Assembly (NCBI RefSeq): GCF_009914755.1
Contig: NC_060930.1
From: the human T2T-CHM13v2.0 reference genome, Homo sapiens
Strand: one strand, 5' to 3'
DNA: 64,000 nucleotides
In this document: positions 1 to 12,981 of the stretch, piece by piece
How the letters are laid out: each line of letters opens with the position of its first letter
How positions within the stretch are numbered: the stretch's first letter is position 1
The notes under the pieces: generated by a model
The model's database searches: none
Seen by the model: the letters and a program-made list of their open reading frames with translations, nothing else
What the model was told of the DNA's origin: nothing
Made by a program: the position numbers and the translations under genes

Positions 1-369
1 GGGAATATTTGGAAACATTTCTGAGGTTTCCCGTATACCCTTTCTCTAACTCCTCCAAGCTAAACCTCAGAAATGCCCTCTCCCTGTCATCCAAGAAGTG
101 ATATCAGAATCTTTATCATTGTGGCCAGACCCTGGGGGTGGACTTAAGGCTAGTAAAGTAAAAGGAGATCTAAGCGTGGCCCGTGCTGAGCTTCCGGGGA
201 TGGGCCACGCATGGCATGCATTCATTTGTGGACATTTCCCTGGGAACCTTACGTATTGGGTCCATGTGACATTCCCAGGGCTGCGGCTCACTACAGAGGG
301 CTTGAACCTCATACTGACATTAAAGAAAGCTGAGTCCTGCCTTTGTATTCATCAGTGCTTTTTAATGAT

Positions 370-1005
370 GGCAGAGCAGGCTATGGAGTCAGACTGCCTG
401 AATTCAAAGCATACTGTGTAATCTTCAGCAACCTGCTCACTCTCCAAGCTGAGTTTATGCCTTTGTACGTGGGTTGGGAAATTAAAAGAGTTATGTATTA
501 GTCCGTTTTCATGCTGCTGGTAAAGACATACCCGAGATTGGGTAATTTATAAAGAAAAGGAGGTTTAATGAACTCCCAGCTCCTCATGGCTGGGGAGGCC
601 TCACAATCATGGTGGAAGGCAAGGGAAGAACAAAGGCACGTCTTACATGGTGGCCAGCAAAAAGAGAGATCTTGTGTAGGGGAACTCCTCCTTATAAAAC
701 CATCAGATCTCGTGAGACTTATTAACTGTCACGAGAACAGCACAGGAAAGACCCACCTCCATGATTCAATTACCTCCAACCAGGTCTCTCCCACAGCACA
801 TGGGAATTATGGGAGCTACAATTCAAGATAAGATTTGGGTGGGGACACAGCCAAACCATATCAAGTTCCATATATTTGTGGATGTGCATGTGTGTTTATA
901 TATACAGTATATAAATGTATATATGTGTAAAATACATACATATATAGCACTTATTAAGTGCTTGGTTCACAGTATGCACTCTGAAAACATTAGATATCAT
1001 TATTA
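370..1005 (+). mobile_element. MIR SINE remnant split by the THE1 LTR (pieces ~370-493 and ~940-1005)
   Basis: MIR-like 5' part 'ggctatggagtcagactgcctgaattcaaa...tgtgtaatcttcagcaa' and 3' part 'gcacttattaagtgcttggttcacagta...cattagatatcattatta'. Confidence 0.55.
494..863 (-). mobile_element. THE1 (ERVL-MaLR) solo LTR
   Basis: Reverse complement starts TGATATGGTTTGGCTGTGTCCCCACCCAAATC and ends ...GGACTAATACA; 5-bp TSD agtta/agttc. Confidence 0.93.
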
Positions 1006-1455
1006 TAGCACAAAATCATTCTAACTCAGTCGGCCAGACTCCAGACCTTGCTGCCTGTGCACTGTGCTCTGTGGCTTTGCTGCTTGGCCTCCACTGCTGC
1101 CTGACCATTTGATTCCATTGGGTTGGGTCAGCTCAGCTTTTCAGGTCATGCTGAAGTTTGATTTGTTATTCAAGTATTAACTCTGCCTCTAAGACTACAT
1201 TTGAAAAGCATGTATTATTCATCTTTTTTCAAATATTGCATTTTCTCGATCTTGGATGTACTGTTTCATATTTTCATGTTTGTGGGGAGAAGGGTGCATC
1301 TCACATTACAACATGGGCAGTATTTTTTTTCCTGGAAAGTGATGATTAAGTCCTGGCTCTGTCTTACACCTGGTGATATCTTACAAGTGAGAAAATGCAG
1401 TGAGTTACAGTATTCACTGGGACATGTAAAGGTTCTAAATGACAACACTTCTCTA

Positions 1456-1632
1456 CAGCAATGGTTCTCAAACTTGGTTCCACAGCAATAGTTCTCACAT
1501 TGGAACCATCTGGTGACCAGCAGTAAAATAAAAAAACACTGGTGCCCAGGGCTCACCCCCAAGAGATTCCATGACTAGGAGCTGGGATGTTAAAAAGCTC
1601 CCCAGGTGATACGAAGGTGCACTTTGCACTAG
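1456..1632. mobile_element. MER5-type hAT-Charlie MITE
   Basis: 'cagcaatggttctcaaactt' start, 'gctcacccccaagagattc' and 'aaaagctccccaggtgat' motifs. Confidence 0.7.
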
Positions 1633-2253
1633 ACCCGAGCCAACTCTTCCCCCATCTTCCCCCTTAGCTTCCTTCAGAGCATATGTAAGGACCGTCAATA
1701 ATTGCTGGCGTGATTAGCCGTGTCTGTGCCCCATCTCTTGAGGATAGGAGCATGCTGCGGCCAGTGTTTGGTGCATAGAAAGCACTCAGCATGCACTGCC
1801 TGGATGACCGTGTGGACTTCGGCCACTCACCAGCACTGTTTGCTGCTTTTTGCCTGTGTAAATGTGCGTGTTTACTGTTTCTGCTATGGCAGCGACTGCA
1901 GGACTGCAGGACTGTGAACTTTGCCCTCATTTTTCACCGGCTTTATCTCCGCGAGAAACAAGCAGAGGAAGCAGCTGGGAAAGGCTGGACGGGAAACCGG
2001 AGGCCACAGTCTCCTCCCAACACCACTGCTGAGTGAAGATGTTTAGGATGGCATCAAACCTGGGGACCTCATCTGCACAGGGGGGGTCCTATCCACCAGA
2101 GGATATATAAGCCCCCTTCCAATTCAAAATCCTTTCATCACGTAGACTCGACGGCATGGAGTTAGCACCCCATCACAGCTTTATGACAGACCCGGTTTTT
2201 TACTACTTTGTGGCCATATCTACACAAAATGAGATACATAAAATGCAGTTGTA

Positions 2254-2558
<305 letters not shown>

Positions 2559-3949
2559 AGTTAAACCAGGAGTATAGGTAACATGATCTTAGACAAAGGC
2601 CACTACCTCATCTCCAAAAGCCAGGCAGTGGCCCCAGGAAAGTGCCCTGGTCAAGTCCTCCCCTTCACAGGCAAGCCAGGCTGGTTTGGAACAAAAGGCA
2701 GAAGCTTTTCCTCCTATTTCTATTTTCCTATTTCTCCTGATCTTGACCCTGCCCAGGAATCCGAACTGCCAAGTAGACGCCCTCCATCCCTCCCATTTAT
2801 TCTGTCATCCACCCACACCCTGGCTTTCTTGCAGCCAGAGAGCTTCTTCCTGCAAGCACCAGCTGTTGAGCAGGACTGTGACAAAGAGCAACAAAGAGCC
2901 ACAAAGAGCAGGCTGCGGGCGGGACCATCGGGACCATCACAGAGGCATCAGCCCTGCCCCGGAGTGGCTGCAGATGCATCCCTGAGGGAGGGGGCTGGGG
3001 TGCAGGTGCTCCCTCCCGAACAGGGGGTTTGTTAGCTTCATCTGCAAGGCCCTGAAGCCAGGCTCTTTTCAAATCGTCATCATGTGTGCACCGTACACTC
3101 CCTTCTGACTCTGGGGGCCTGGGCGCCTGCTTAGTGCAGCCTTAAATTTTTTACGTACCAGTAAAAATACTGCATGTAAGATTCTGTTCCTAGGAGGATA
3201 AAGGGATGGCCAGAGCTGGCTAAGCGGAGTCTCGACGGACTAAAGGTATGGGAAAATGAAGACGTGGACCTACCACGTTCTCTTCTACCTGGAACTTAGG
3301 ATTTGTAAATTGCATTTAGATGTCATTTGTCACATTGGTAGGCTGTGACTTAATACACTCACAAAGAGGATTTTTCCAAGTATTTAAACTGTGTAGATGC
3401 TGCAAAAAATCAGACTGAGGCAAAGCCCTGCAGCCAACCCCAGCAGCAAGAGGTGAGGACCCCCTGTCTGTCCTGGGCCCCACTCAGGCACTATCCTCAT
3501 CTCTTAGAATAGTTTGTTACCTTTTCTTTCCTGAAGCCTCATCAAATGCAACTTTTTCTATGGCATTCAACGGACTTTAAAGCAAAGATTACAGAGAAAT
3601 TCTTATGCAAGTCAGAAAATCTGCTTATTATGGGTTTGATAAACCAAATTGTGTTACCTGTTTATAGACATAGATTTCTATCAGCCAGACGTGTGCACAG
3701 CACAGCACAAACCATAGCCACCCCCGTCGAAGTCTCTTTCTGTGCATTTCCCAGCCACGCCCCCAGCTTGGGCCCCTGGGGTCACCTCCCACTCCGGCTA
3801 GAAAGAGAGAAGGAGACAGTGAATTCCTCGGAAGCCGCTCGCCCTGCACCCAAGCGGGACTTGCACCACAAGCAGCCCCAGGAAAAAACTCTCCATTTCT
3901 TTCTCGTGGAGGCTCCAGAAGAAAAGCTGCGCATTTACCCGGCGCATTC

Positions 3950-4780
3950 TAACCGCCTTTGAGGTTCCCTCCGGCAGCCATGGGAGCCGTGGTGGGGCAA
4001 AGCCTGGGCTGGGAGACGCTGCAAGGCTCTGGGGAGCAGTGAGGCGCCGCGCCAGCTCCTCCGTTCCCGTCATAGCCTCACACGGGCTTCGCTGGACACG
4101 TCCAGGACGCAGCGCCGGTGGGCACCAGGCGTTGAGCGCCTGCCCCGCGTCTGTGCTAAGACCTCCCTTTGCATTATTGCATTTATTCCAACGATGGGGT
4201 GAGGTAGGTATTCTTATTTCCATTGCCAGAGTGAAACACTGAGGCTCATCCAGGGGCCGGTGTGGAAATCAGGGCTCAGCCCTGGGCCCCTGCTGCTTGG
4301 AGCCGGTGCGGTGGCCACCGTGACCTCACGCTTTCCCTGCCAGTCGCTCTCCGCCGCATCCCGGCCTCCCGCCCCGCCCCCGGCCGCTTTCCAGGGACTG
4401 AAGCCCGAGTTGGTGCTGCGTGTCCCCGCGGGGATTATTTTCAAACAGCTCCTCCTGCCCTGGCTCCCACAGCGCGGCCCCAGGCAGCTGCACCACTTTC
4501 TCCTCTCACCAATTAAAGCCGAATCCAGGGCTCCTTAGCATATGAATTGAGGCGCATCGGAGCCCTCACTGCTGGGCCAGCCCCTCCCGGGCTCCTCCGG
4601 TTCCGGGAGGTCCACAGCCCAGCAGCAGCTGCCCCTGCACGTTGTCCCCTCCGTCCAGCATCCCGGGGCCGAGGAGACAGTGCCCCTGGCCGGGGGCTGC
4701 GCTGGCTTCAACTTCCCATGGGCAAAACGGGGTCCCGGGTCAGTGTTCACAGAGGGTCTCAAACCCTGCAGGACCCTGAA
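3950..4780. promoter_or_regulatory. CpG-island-like region with GC box; candidate promoter/enhancer
   Basis: Clearly raised CpG density by eye; 'cccgccccgccccc' Sp/KLF boxes at ~4367-4381; mostly non-repetitive. Confidence 0.55.
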
Positions 4781-6658
4781 ATTGTCTGGGATCCACACCA
4801 GTCGGAAGAAAAAAAGAATAGAAAACGCAGGGATTCACCTCCTCTGCAGGCACCCTCATGCCGAACACTAAACAGGATGATGTTGAAAAGGATTTGGAGA
4901 TTTATGCAGGTCACGAGCTTGAGGAATTTTTCCATTGAATGCACCATGCCTTGGGTTTCCCGTTTCCCACTGAAAATCCCATGGCTGACACTTTTTTTAT
5001 ATCATTACCTTGGGAGATGAAGAAAAACTCATCTGTTAGGGCAGCTCTGTGAATGCAGATGCTTTGGGTTGTTTTGAATGAATGACTGAATGTTCTGAAA
5101 TAAAGCAGGAAGGTGCCTGCGGGATAATGACTGGTTTCGCAACTCTTGGCCGGGAGTCTAGACCCCTCTGATAATCAATAGAAATGGATGTATATTAAAT
5201 TTAGCAATAGAAAAAGTATAGATAGTTGAGTATGCTACATTATTTTCCTATAAATTAACCCGTTACCACAGTCTTTAATTATCTTCCCCTTGCGAGGCAT
5301 AAAGAAGAGACTGCTTGAGGATGGAGGGTTTTTTGTGGTCTGAGGTCTGCAGACTGGCCAAGTATTCCAATATTAATTACCACCCATCCTGGCCGTAGGC
5401 TCACCCCGCTGACCTGAGCAGACCCGGTGAAGCAAGCCACAACTTCTGCTGGAAATTGCTCCACTCTTCCATTAAGTGAGGATTAGAAAGCCCTTTGTGA
5501 GAATTTTGCCCAGAGTCTAAGTTGAGCACTTTGTCACTTGCACGCTTCATTTTCCAGCATACCGTTCGCTCAGCTCAGTGTCTATCCAGGCACTGAAGGT
5601 TCGGATGCAAGCACTCTCCAGCGTAGGGGCTGACCAAGTGAAATGCACACTGAGCAACCGTGCAGCTCCAGGTCCTGGCGGCTCTTCACAACCAGACATT
5701 CTCCCTGGAGACCCTAAGCTCCTCTTCCTCTGTTGGGGGAGCACAAAATACCCTATAAGGGCTGCTTTGCTGCCTCTGGCACTTTCTTCATCAGGGGAGT
5801 TACATCCAGATGTAGCTGACAGGTCAGGGCCCCTTCTCCTCCACCATGTCTCAGGGTTATCTTTTCCAAATGGAGGAAGTCAAGGGTATGCAGGCGCTCC
5901 AGTTTCCCTGCCTTACCCTACATATCCATAACAGACTTCAACACGAGAACCAGCGTTTCGGATGTGTCTAGCAGAGTGCCAAAGTCAGGCTGGAGTGTGC
6001 CCTGAAAGTCAGGGCCTTCTGAGGGACACAGACACGGTTTGTCTCCAAGGGGGCTGTGTGTAAGGCAAATGCTGAGGCCTACAACCATGTGTTCTGAGAC
6101 GGTGGCCATTACAGAAACAGGCAGTCCCCAGACAGAAGCACAAAGGGCAATCTCAAGGAATCAAGATCTGTAGGCAGGGACCCACACTGAACAATCTGGA
6201 CAAAGCTAATGCAGAATGAACAGTACCGCCGCTACCCAGCGACAGTCGGGCTGATGTTCTAGGAGAACCACACGCTTCACACAGCAAGGGAGAAATTAGG
6301 CCGTATTTTAATCCCTTCCAGCTTCGTCCAGGAGGTGTTGTGATTTGAGTCACTCTCTTCCTCTAACTCCTAGCCCATCCGCAGTAATAAATAACTTTGC
6401 AGTGAATGGATGGTTTTCTTAGACCTGGGGGAACAATCCTAGTTTGATAAAGCAGCTCAGGAGCGTGAATGCTGAGGGGCCCGCCTATTAGCTGCCAAGC
6501 TCGGTAGCCAGGTCAGGCCCCACTGGAAGGGAAGGGGCAGTTGCCCAGGGTGCCTGAGGAGCAACCTGGCCCCTGTTCTCGGGTGGGAGAAGGAGCACCT
6601 GGCACTGACCAGCCCTGGAACTCCGCCTGCTCACTGGACATCACAGCACATGAGCGGG

Positions 6659-7014
6659 TGCTATGGATGGAATGTTTGAGTCCCCCAAAATTTGTATCTT
6701 GAAGCCCTATTTTCCAAGGTGCTGGTATTAGGAAGCGGGGCATTTAGGAGGTGATTAGGTCATGGGGGGCCTTGTGAATGGGATTAGTGCCCTGATAAGA
6801 ACAGAGATGACCCATCTCTCAGCCATGTGAGGACACAGCAGAAGGTGCCATCCACACACCAGTCTGGAGCCCTCCCAGCCACGGAACTGCCTGGCACTTG
6901 GATGTGGGGGTTCCTGCGTCCCAGCCTCACAAGAACTGTGAGAAATCCATTTCTGTTGTTAAAACCACCCAGGCCATTGCATTTTTGTTACAGCAGCCTG
7001 AACTGACTAAAACA
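6659..7014 (+). mobile_element. MLT1A-type MaLR solo LTR
   Basis: TGCTATGG..AATGTTTG..TCCCCCAAAATT start, 'gccatgtgaggacacagca', end 'gcagcctgaactgactaaaaca'. Confidence 0.85.
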
Positions 7015-8226
7015 GCTTGAATAACAGAAATGGCAGGTTAAAAAAAAAAAATCACTGTTCCTGGGCTTGCTCTAGACTAAATAGTTGGGGGAACCTAGGG
7101 ATTAGGGAAGAGTCTAGAGAAAAGCCGCAGTTCAACGCCTGCCCATCTCCTTGCTTCTAGTGAAGGGGCTCAAGGAATATGACGCTCTTATTTGGGAAGG
7201 AATTCTGGGTCATAGAAAAAAATGGGCGGGCCAGTCCAGGAAGCGTGGAGAGAAGACAGTGAAACTGCTCTGTCGAGAACTCAGGAAGTCCCCCAAGAGA
7301 GGACGGGGGAGGTGGGAGGTGTGGGGTAGGTGGAGTGAGCCCCAGGGAGGAAGACCACAGTGATCCTTGTGGCAGAAATCCAAACTGTGGGGGTAAAGGA
7401 ACATGAAAGCAACAATTTCCCCTTATGTCCTGCCCGATGCTATATAGTTGCTTCACAGCAGCCTCTTCACACCAGCCTCTCATCTTCATACCTTCTCTGA
7501 GGGTCTTGCTCATGGTGGCTTTGTCAGGAGATGCTCTGGGGGAGGAGGAAGCAGAGCAAAGCCCACCAGTGACACAGAGTGAACCATAAAGGTGAAGACA
7601 GTCATGCCCAGAGAACCAGGGATGCAGAAGTTCATGGAAGCTGGAGTTTGGGGCAGGAAGCATCTGGAAAAACATGAGTCTCCTCTTTCCCCGCCCTCAC
7701 CATCACCCCCAAAACATGGATATCCTCAGAAATATCTGGGAGGATCCTGGATTTCCCACATGCAAAGATAGGGGATCAGGTCCAGAAGGCACAGCTGTGC
7801 TCAGGGTGCCTGTGTTTTGTGAACTAACTCAACAACGGACAGCGCGAGATACACAGAGCCACACTGTGGCTGGGAGCCTGGCCGCCGTCTTCCTGATCCC
7901 TGGGGCCGATGGCCAGAAGGGCTTTCTTACCAGGTGCTTCCCAGGAGCCTGGGAGGAGGTGACGCTGAGCACAGACACCACATCCTGCAGCCGTCCTTGG
8001 TCCCGTCTCAGCAGGCATTCCCAACAGAGACCCCACCGAGAGCTGCTGGGAAGGCAAGGAGATGTGGGTCATCGTCATCAGCTAAATGGAGGGTGGCATT
8101 CTGCTTCTACCATCCAGCCAGTGCCACAGATCAAAGAGAAATAAGCTCGGCAATTTTCCTGCCATCATTTTGTTTTGAGATAAGGAAATTATCCACAATC
8201 CAATTATGAGGTGTAATGTCACATTC

Positions 8227-8439
8227 TTTTTTTTTTTTTTTTTGAGTCGGGGGGGACACGGTCTCACTCTCTTGCCCAGGCTGGAATGCAGTGGCACAAT
8301 CTCAGTTCGCTGCCACCTTGACCTCCTGGGCTCAAGCAGTTCTCCCACCTTGGCCTCCAAAGTAGCTAGAACTAAGCAATCCATCCACCTTGGCCTCCCA
8401 AAGTGCTGGAATTACAGGCATGAGCCACTGCACCCAGCC
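8227..8439 (-). mobile_element. AluJ with internal deletion
   Basis: Poly-T head, right arm jumps into left arm at ~8374; TSD taatgtcacattct/taatgttgcattct. Confidence 0.88.
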
Positions 8440-9906
8440 CATAATGTTGCATTCTAATGTGATAACAAATTGAGTCAAAGTGTGTCCATTTCCTCCAAAT
8501 TTGTTTGGAACAAAGAAAGTCTTTCATAACTTGGTCATATTAGATATTTGTAAAATACAGTTTTGATGAACACAACCCTTAGTGGCCCTTAACGGAAGTA
8601 CTTGTGGCTGACAACAAACTCAACATCCCTGGGAATTTTGCTCAAAGAGTTGCCACAGTGCCAGGATGAGTTTAGGGGAATGCCATGCTGGCCACGCCTG
8701 CTCACCTCTGTCCATTCCACTGATAAAGGGCCAAGTCCAAAGGATTCCTGCCTTCTGTAGCTGAAATCTAAAAATGGAAACGCTCTGTGTGAGTCAGCAT
8801 CAGATGTACAATTGGGATGTGTTCGCACAGCCGCTTCATTCCGGCCTGAGAACAAGAGCACTTTGTTTCCTGTTTGCTAAGGAGGTCAAGGTCCCCTGGC
8901 CGTCTGCGTGTGGGTTTCCCTGTCTCAGACAACTGTGCTGTGAAAGTTTCTTCAGTGCATGATACTGGCCCCCCTCCTGCCTCTGGACAGAAGCCTGTCA
9001 TTATTGTCACCGGTGAGGAGACATTTGTCCCCCATCACGCATGAGGGACGGAGAAGAGAACTCCTGGCATTCCACAGGGGATGGAGGGATGGGGGTGCAG
9101 AGCCACCCGCTGGCCCTCAGCCCTGACTCCCAGCCTCTGAAAAACAACTCTACGACAAATCCTCCTTCTGAGCCTCCACTCAGTGTGCACATGAGTGGCT
9201 CCTGTCAGCGGGAGCTCCATGGGAAGCTTCTAAATACGGAAAAAGTGGAAATGGCATGTTGCCATGCAAATGTGGCCCCACTAGACGTTTGTCCCAAAAT
9301 GGAGCATCCTAGAGTACCCATTCTTCATCTCTGCCTTGGGAAGATGTTCGCCCAAGCGCTTGCTTGATTTGCAGATAGAAACGTTGTCCCCACTCTTGTG
9401 TGCAGTTCAAAGACTTCACACTTGACAACTGAGAGTCCACCAAAGGGAGAAGTCGGACCAGCCCCCAGCCAAACACGGGAGAAAATAAGGACTTAGGAAA
9501 ACCAGCACTGAGGCCTGGAGGCCTGGAGCTCCAAGGGGCAGGTCCCATGAGCATCCCGTTCCACGTGGTTTTCACCAGCTTAAGTCCCATCATTGGCACA
9601 TTCCTTTCTGAAAAAAAAAAAAATCAATTTTCATGGCAGCTAAAGCACGATGCATAGTTCAGGATTCTGTGTCCATCCAATGCTAGCTGCAGATCCAAGC
9701 CCGAGTCCCCTCCCTTCGGTGTTGAACATCCACACTGCGCTGGAATGTGGTCAGCAGCGTTCACAGTTGTATCTTTAAATGAATCTTGTTTCTGGCACTC
9801 AGGAGTTCATGTCCAGGAGGGCTCTGATGGGAGTCAACTCCATCTAGGAAAAGTAGAAACACCTGAAACATAGTACTTTGCAAATTTTAAAAAGAAAAGA
9901 CATACC

Positions 9907-10288
9907 TGTATTAATCCATTCTTGTGTTGCTATAAAGAAATACCTGAGACTGGGTAATTTATAGAGAAAAAAGGTTTGATTAGCTCATGGTTCTGCAGGC
10001 TGTACAGGATGCATGACTGGGGAGGTCTCAGGAAACTTATAATCATGGTGGAAGGCAAAGGGGAAGCAGGCACATCTTCGCATGGTGGAGCAGGAAGAAG
10101 AGAGGGAGTGAAGGGGGAGGTGCTACACACTTTCAAATAACCAAATCTCCTGACTCACTATCACGAGAACAGCAAGGGGGGGAATCTGCCCCCATGATCC
10201 AATCACCTCCCTGCAGGTCTCTCCTCCAATATTGGGGATTACAATTCAACATGAGATTTGGGTGGGGACACAGAGTCAAACCATATCA
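9907..10288 (-). mobile_element. MSTA-type MaLR solo LTR
   Basis: 'tgtattaatccattcttgtgttgctataaagaaatacctgagactggg'...'caaaccatatca'; TSD atacc/acacc. Confidence 0.9.
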
Positions 10289-11649
10289 ACACCGTTTACC
10301 CGACCGTAGCCAGATTGCAGCAGAGTCCAGACCCACCGCGGTGTTTGTTCAACCTCAGGCCTTGCCACTGCCTCTGCCTGCTCCACCCTGGGGTGCTTGC
10401 CAGATAACAGGCAAAGGCAATGAGCACGGAGCCTGGAGGAGGGTCCCCGGGGAGTTCCCCTCAGCCACACCTCAAATAAACCCCACAGAAACCACCACCG
10501 TCTGGTTCTACCCACCTGGAATGTTTTCCTGCTCTTCTGTTTTTTGGCCCTGTCGAAACCTATCCCCGAAGCTCAGTCCAGGTGCAGTTTCCCAGGAAGA
10601 CAGAGGAGGGACACTTACCTGCCAGGGGAGGGATCGCCTGAGCACACCTGCTCCCAGCTGCCCCGCATGGCCTCCTCCTCTCTGTGGTGACTTGTCAGTT
10701 AGCCATAGACTGCCCGCACGCAGCAGTGCTTGCATTGTGGTCCTGAGAAATGGTCTCTTTTCACTATTTAACTTCTTTAATGCTCTGTATCTTGTGTCTA
10801 AAATGGTATCTTGTGTTTTAAGCTTCTGGAGGACACAGCCCATGCTTCCCGAATCTTCCTGTCTTCCCCACTTCCTAGGGTGCACCTAGCACATATGGGA
10901 AGTTCAAGAATTCTACAGGCTTCATTTTTCTGTTTTTTTTTTTTTCTGTCACTGAAATATATTCCCCAAGGGGCACACTTTCCAGGCACGCTTTTGACCT
11001 TAAAGGGAAAATTTCATCTTGCTGTCGCTCTCTGAGTTCTATTTTTCCCTGGCTTCCTCCTCAATGGGAACTCGGTAAGAAGCGGAGACAGCAGGAGCAC
11101 CTCCCTTTCCTCTGAAGAAGTTAACATGGTTAACAACAGCGGCTCCATCCTCTGGTGTAACCTCGAGAGCGAGTGAGGAGCTCTGGCAGTCACCACAGTT
11201 ACTTGAGCCTCACGGAAGAATCTTGCCTTTGGGGTGGCAGTGGCCACATCTCGGATGTCTCTTCCCCAAAGGCCAGGGCTGGGGTGAACCCAGCACATGC
11301 CCCCCGTGGCCACCCCATGCCCCAGGGCTCAGGGAGGGAGGGCTCCGGGAAGATTTTGACAGTGGAAGTTAGGGCAGGTGAGGGGAGAAAGGACCCGGAA
11401 GTCGGGGACACCTTTCTCAGGCTCTGCCCTGCACAGGGAGCTGGGAAGGACCAGCCTCCTGGCATCTGTGTGTGATGGTGCCCGGCACATCTGTTTCCTG
11501 CCCCAGTGCACCTCACCGGCCTGGGCACAGAACTGCTAAACGTGACTCAGGAAAAGGAACTTTCCCACATCGCTTCACTTCATTGATTTTCAACAGCAGG
11601 AAAAATTTTGCTCACTGGTCTGGCAAATAAATAAGTGGTTATATCTGAG

Positions 11650-12981
11650 CGTGTCTGTGTGTGTGTGCAGGTGGGTATACAGGTGAGTGTGTATCTAGGC
11701 ATGTGTACATGCGACTGTGTGTGTGTGGGTGTGTGTGAGGGTATGTGTGTGTGCGTATGTGAGGATGTGTGCAGACTATGTGTGTGAGCATGTGAGTACA
11801 TAAGCATGTGTGTGCACATGTGTATACGTTTGTGTGTGCTTATGTTTATATTTGTGTGTGTATTTGTGTGCATGTGTGCATGCATTTGTGTGTGCACACA
11901 TCTGTATATACATTTGCGTGTTCACGTGTGTGTATATTTGTAAGTGTGCATGTTTATATTTGTATGTGCATGCATTTCTGTGCATGTTTATATGTGTGCA
12001 CGTGTGTATGCATTTGTGTGTGCATGTTTATATTTGTGTGTGAGCATGTGTATATGCATTTCTGTGAGCGTGTGTGTGCACATGTTTGTGAATGTGTGTG
12101 GATGCATTTGTTTGTGCATATATGTGCATACAGTTGTGTGTATATTTGTTTGCACATGTGTGTATTTGTAGGTGTACATATGTGAATACATTTGTGCATG
12201 CACATATGTGTATGCATTTATATGTATTTATGTGTACATATGTGTATACGTTTTGTGTGTGCATGTGTATTTGTGTGTGCAAATGTGTGTATACATTTGT
12301 GTGTGCATGTGTGTACATGTTTGTGCACATGTGTGTTAAAATCTGTGTGGGCACATGTGTATATGCATTTGTGGGTATTTGTGTATAATTCTAAGCGTGT
12401 GTGAGCATGTGTGTGTGCATGTGTGTATATTTGTGTGTGTATACATTTGTGTATGTGTATTTGTGTGATTGCATGAGCATATGTGTGAGCATGTGTATGA
12501 GGGTGTGTGTGCTTGTGTGTATATTTGTGTGTGCATGTGTATATATTTGTGTGTTTGTGCACATTTGTGTGAATTTGTGTGTATATTCACGTGCATGTGT
12601 GTATACATTTGTGTGTTTGTATACATTTTGGGGTATATTTGTATGTCATTGCATGAGCACATGTGTGAGCATGTGTATGTGGGTGTGTGTGCATGTGTGT
12701 GTACATTTGTGTGTGCATGTGTATATATATTTGTGAGTGTGTGTGCATGTGTATATTTCTGTGTGTATACATTTGTGTGTATTTGTGTGTGTTGCATGAG
12801 CATATGTGTGATCATGTGTATGAGGATGTGTGTGCATGTGTGTGAGTGGGTGTGTATGTTTGTGTGTATATTAGTGTGTATATGTGTAAGCATGAGTGTG
12901 TGTGCATGCATGTGTGTAGACGTTTATGTGTTTGCATGTGTGTATATTTGTGTGATTGTGTGTGTGTGTGTGTGTGTGTGT
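11650..12981. repeat. Degenerate (TG)n/(TGCA/TA) low-complexity block ending in pure (TG)n
   Basis: ~1.33 kb of alternating purine-pyrimidine sequence. Confidence 0.95.

Noticed and set aside
586-600. PRDM9 hotspot motif in the THE1 LTRs
   Set aside because: This copy reads CCTCCCCAGCCAT and the 44.7-kb copy is degraded; neither matches CCTCCCTNNCCAC.
5563-5629. Minus-strand exon-like segment 'CIRTFSAWIDTEL' resembling a calponin-homology start
   Set aside because: Weak resemblance, 67 bp, and no partner exons found.
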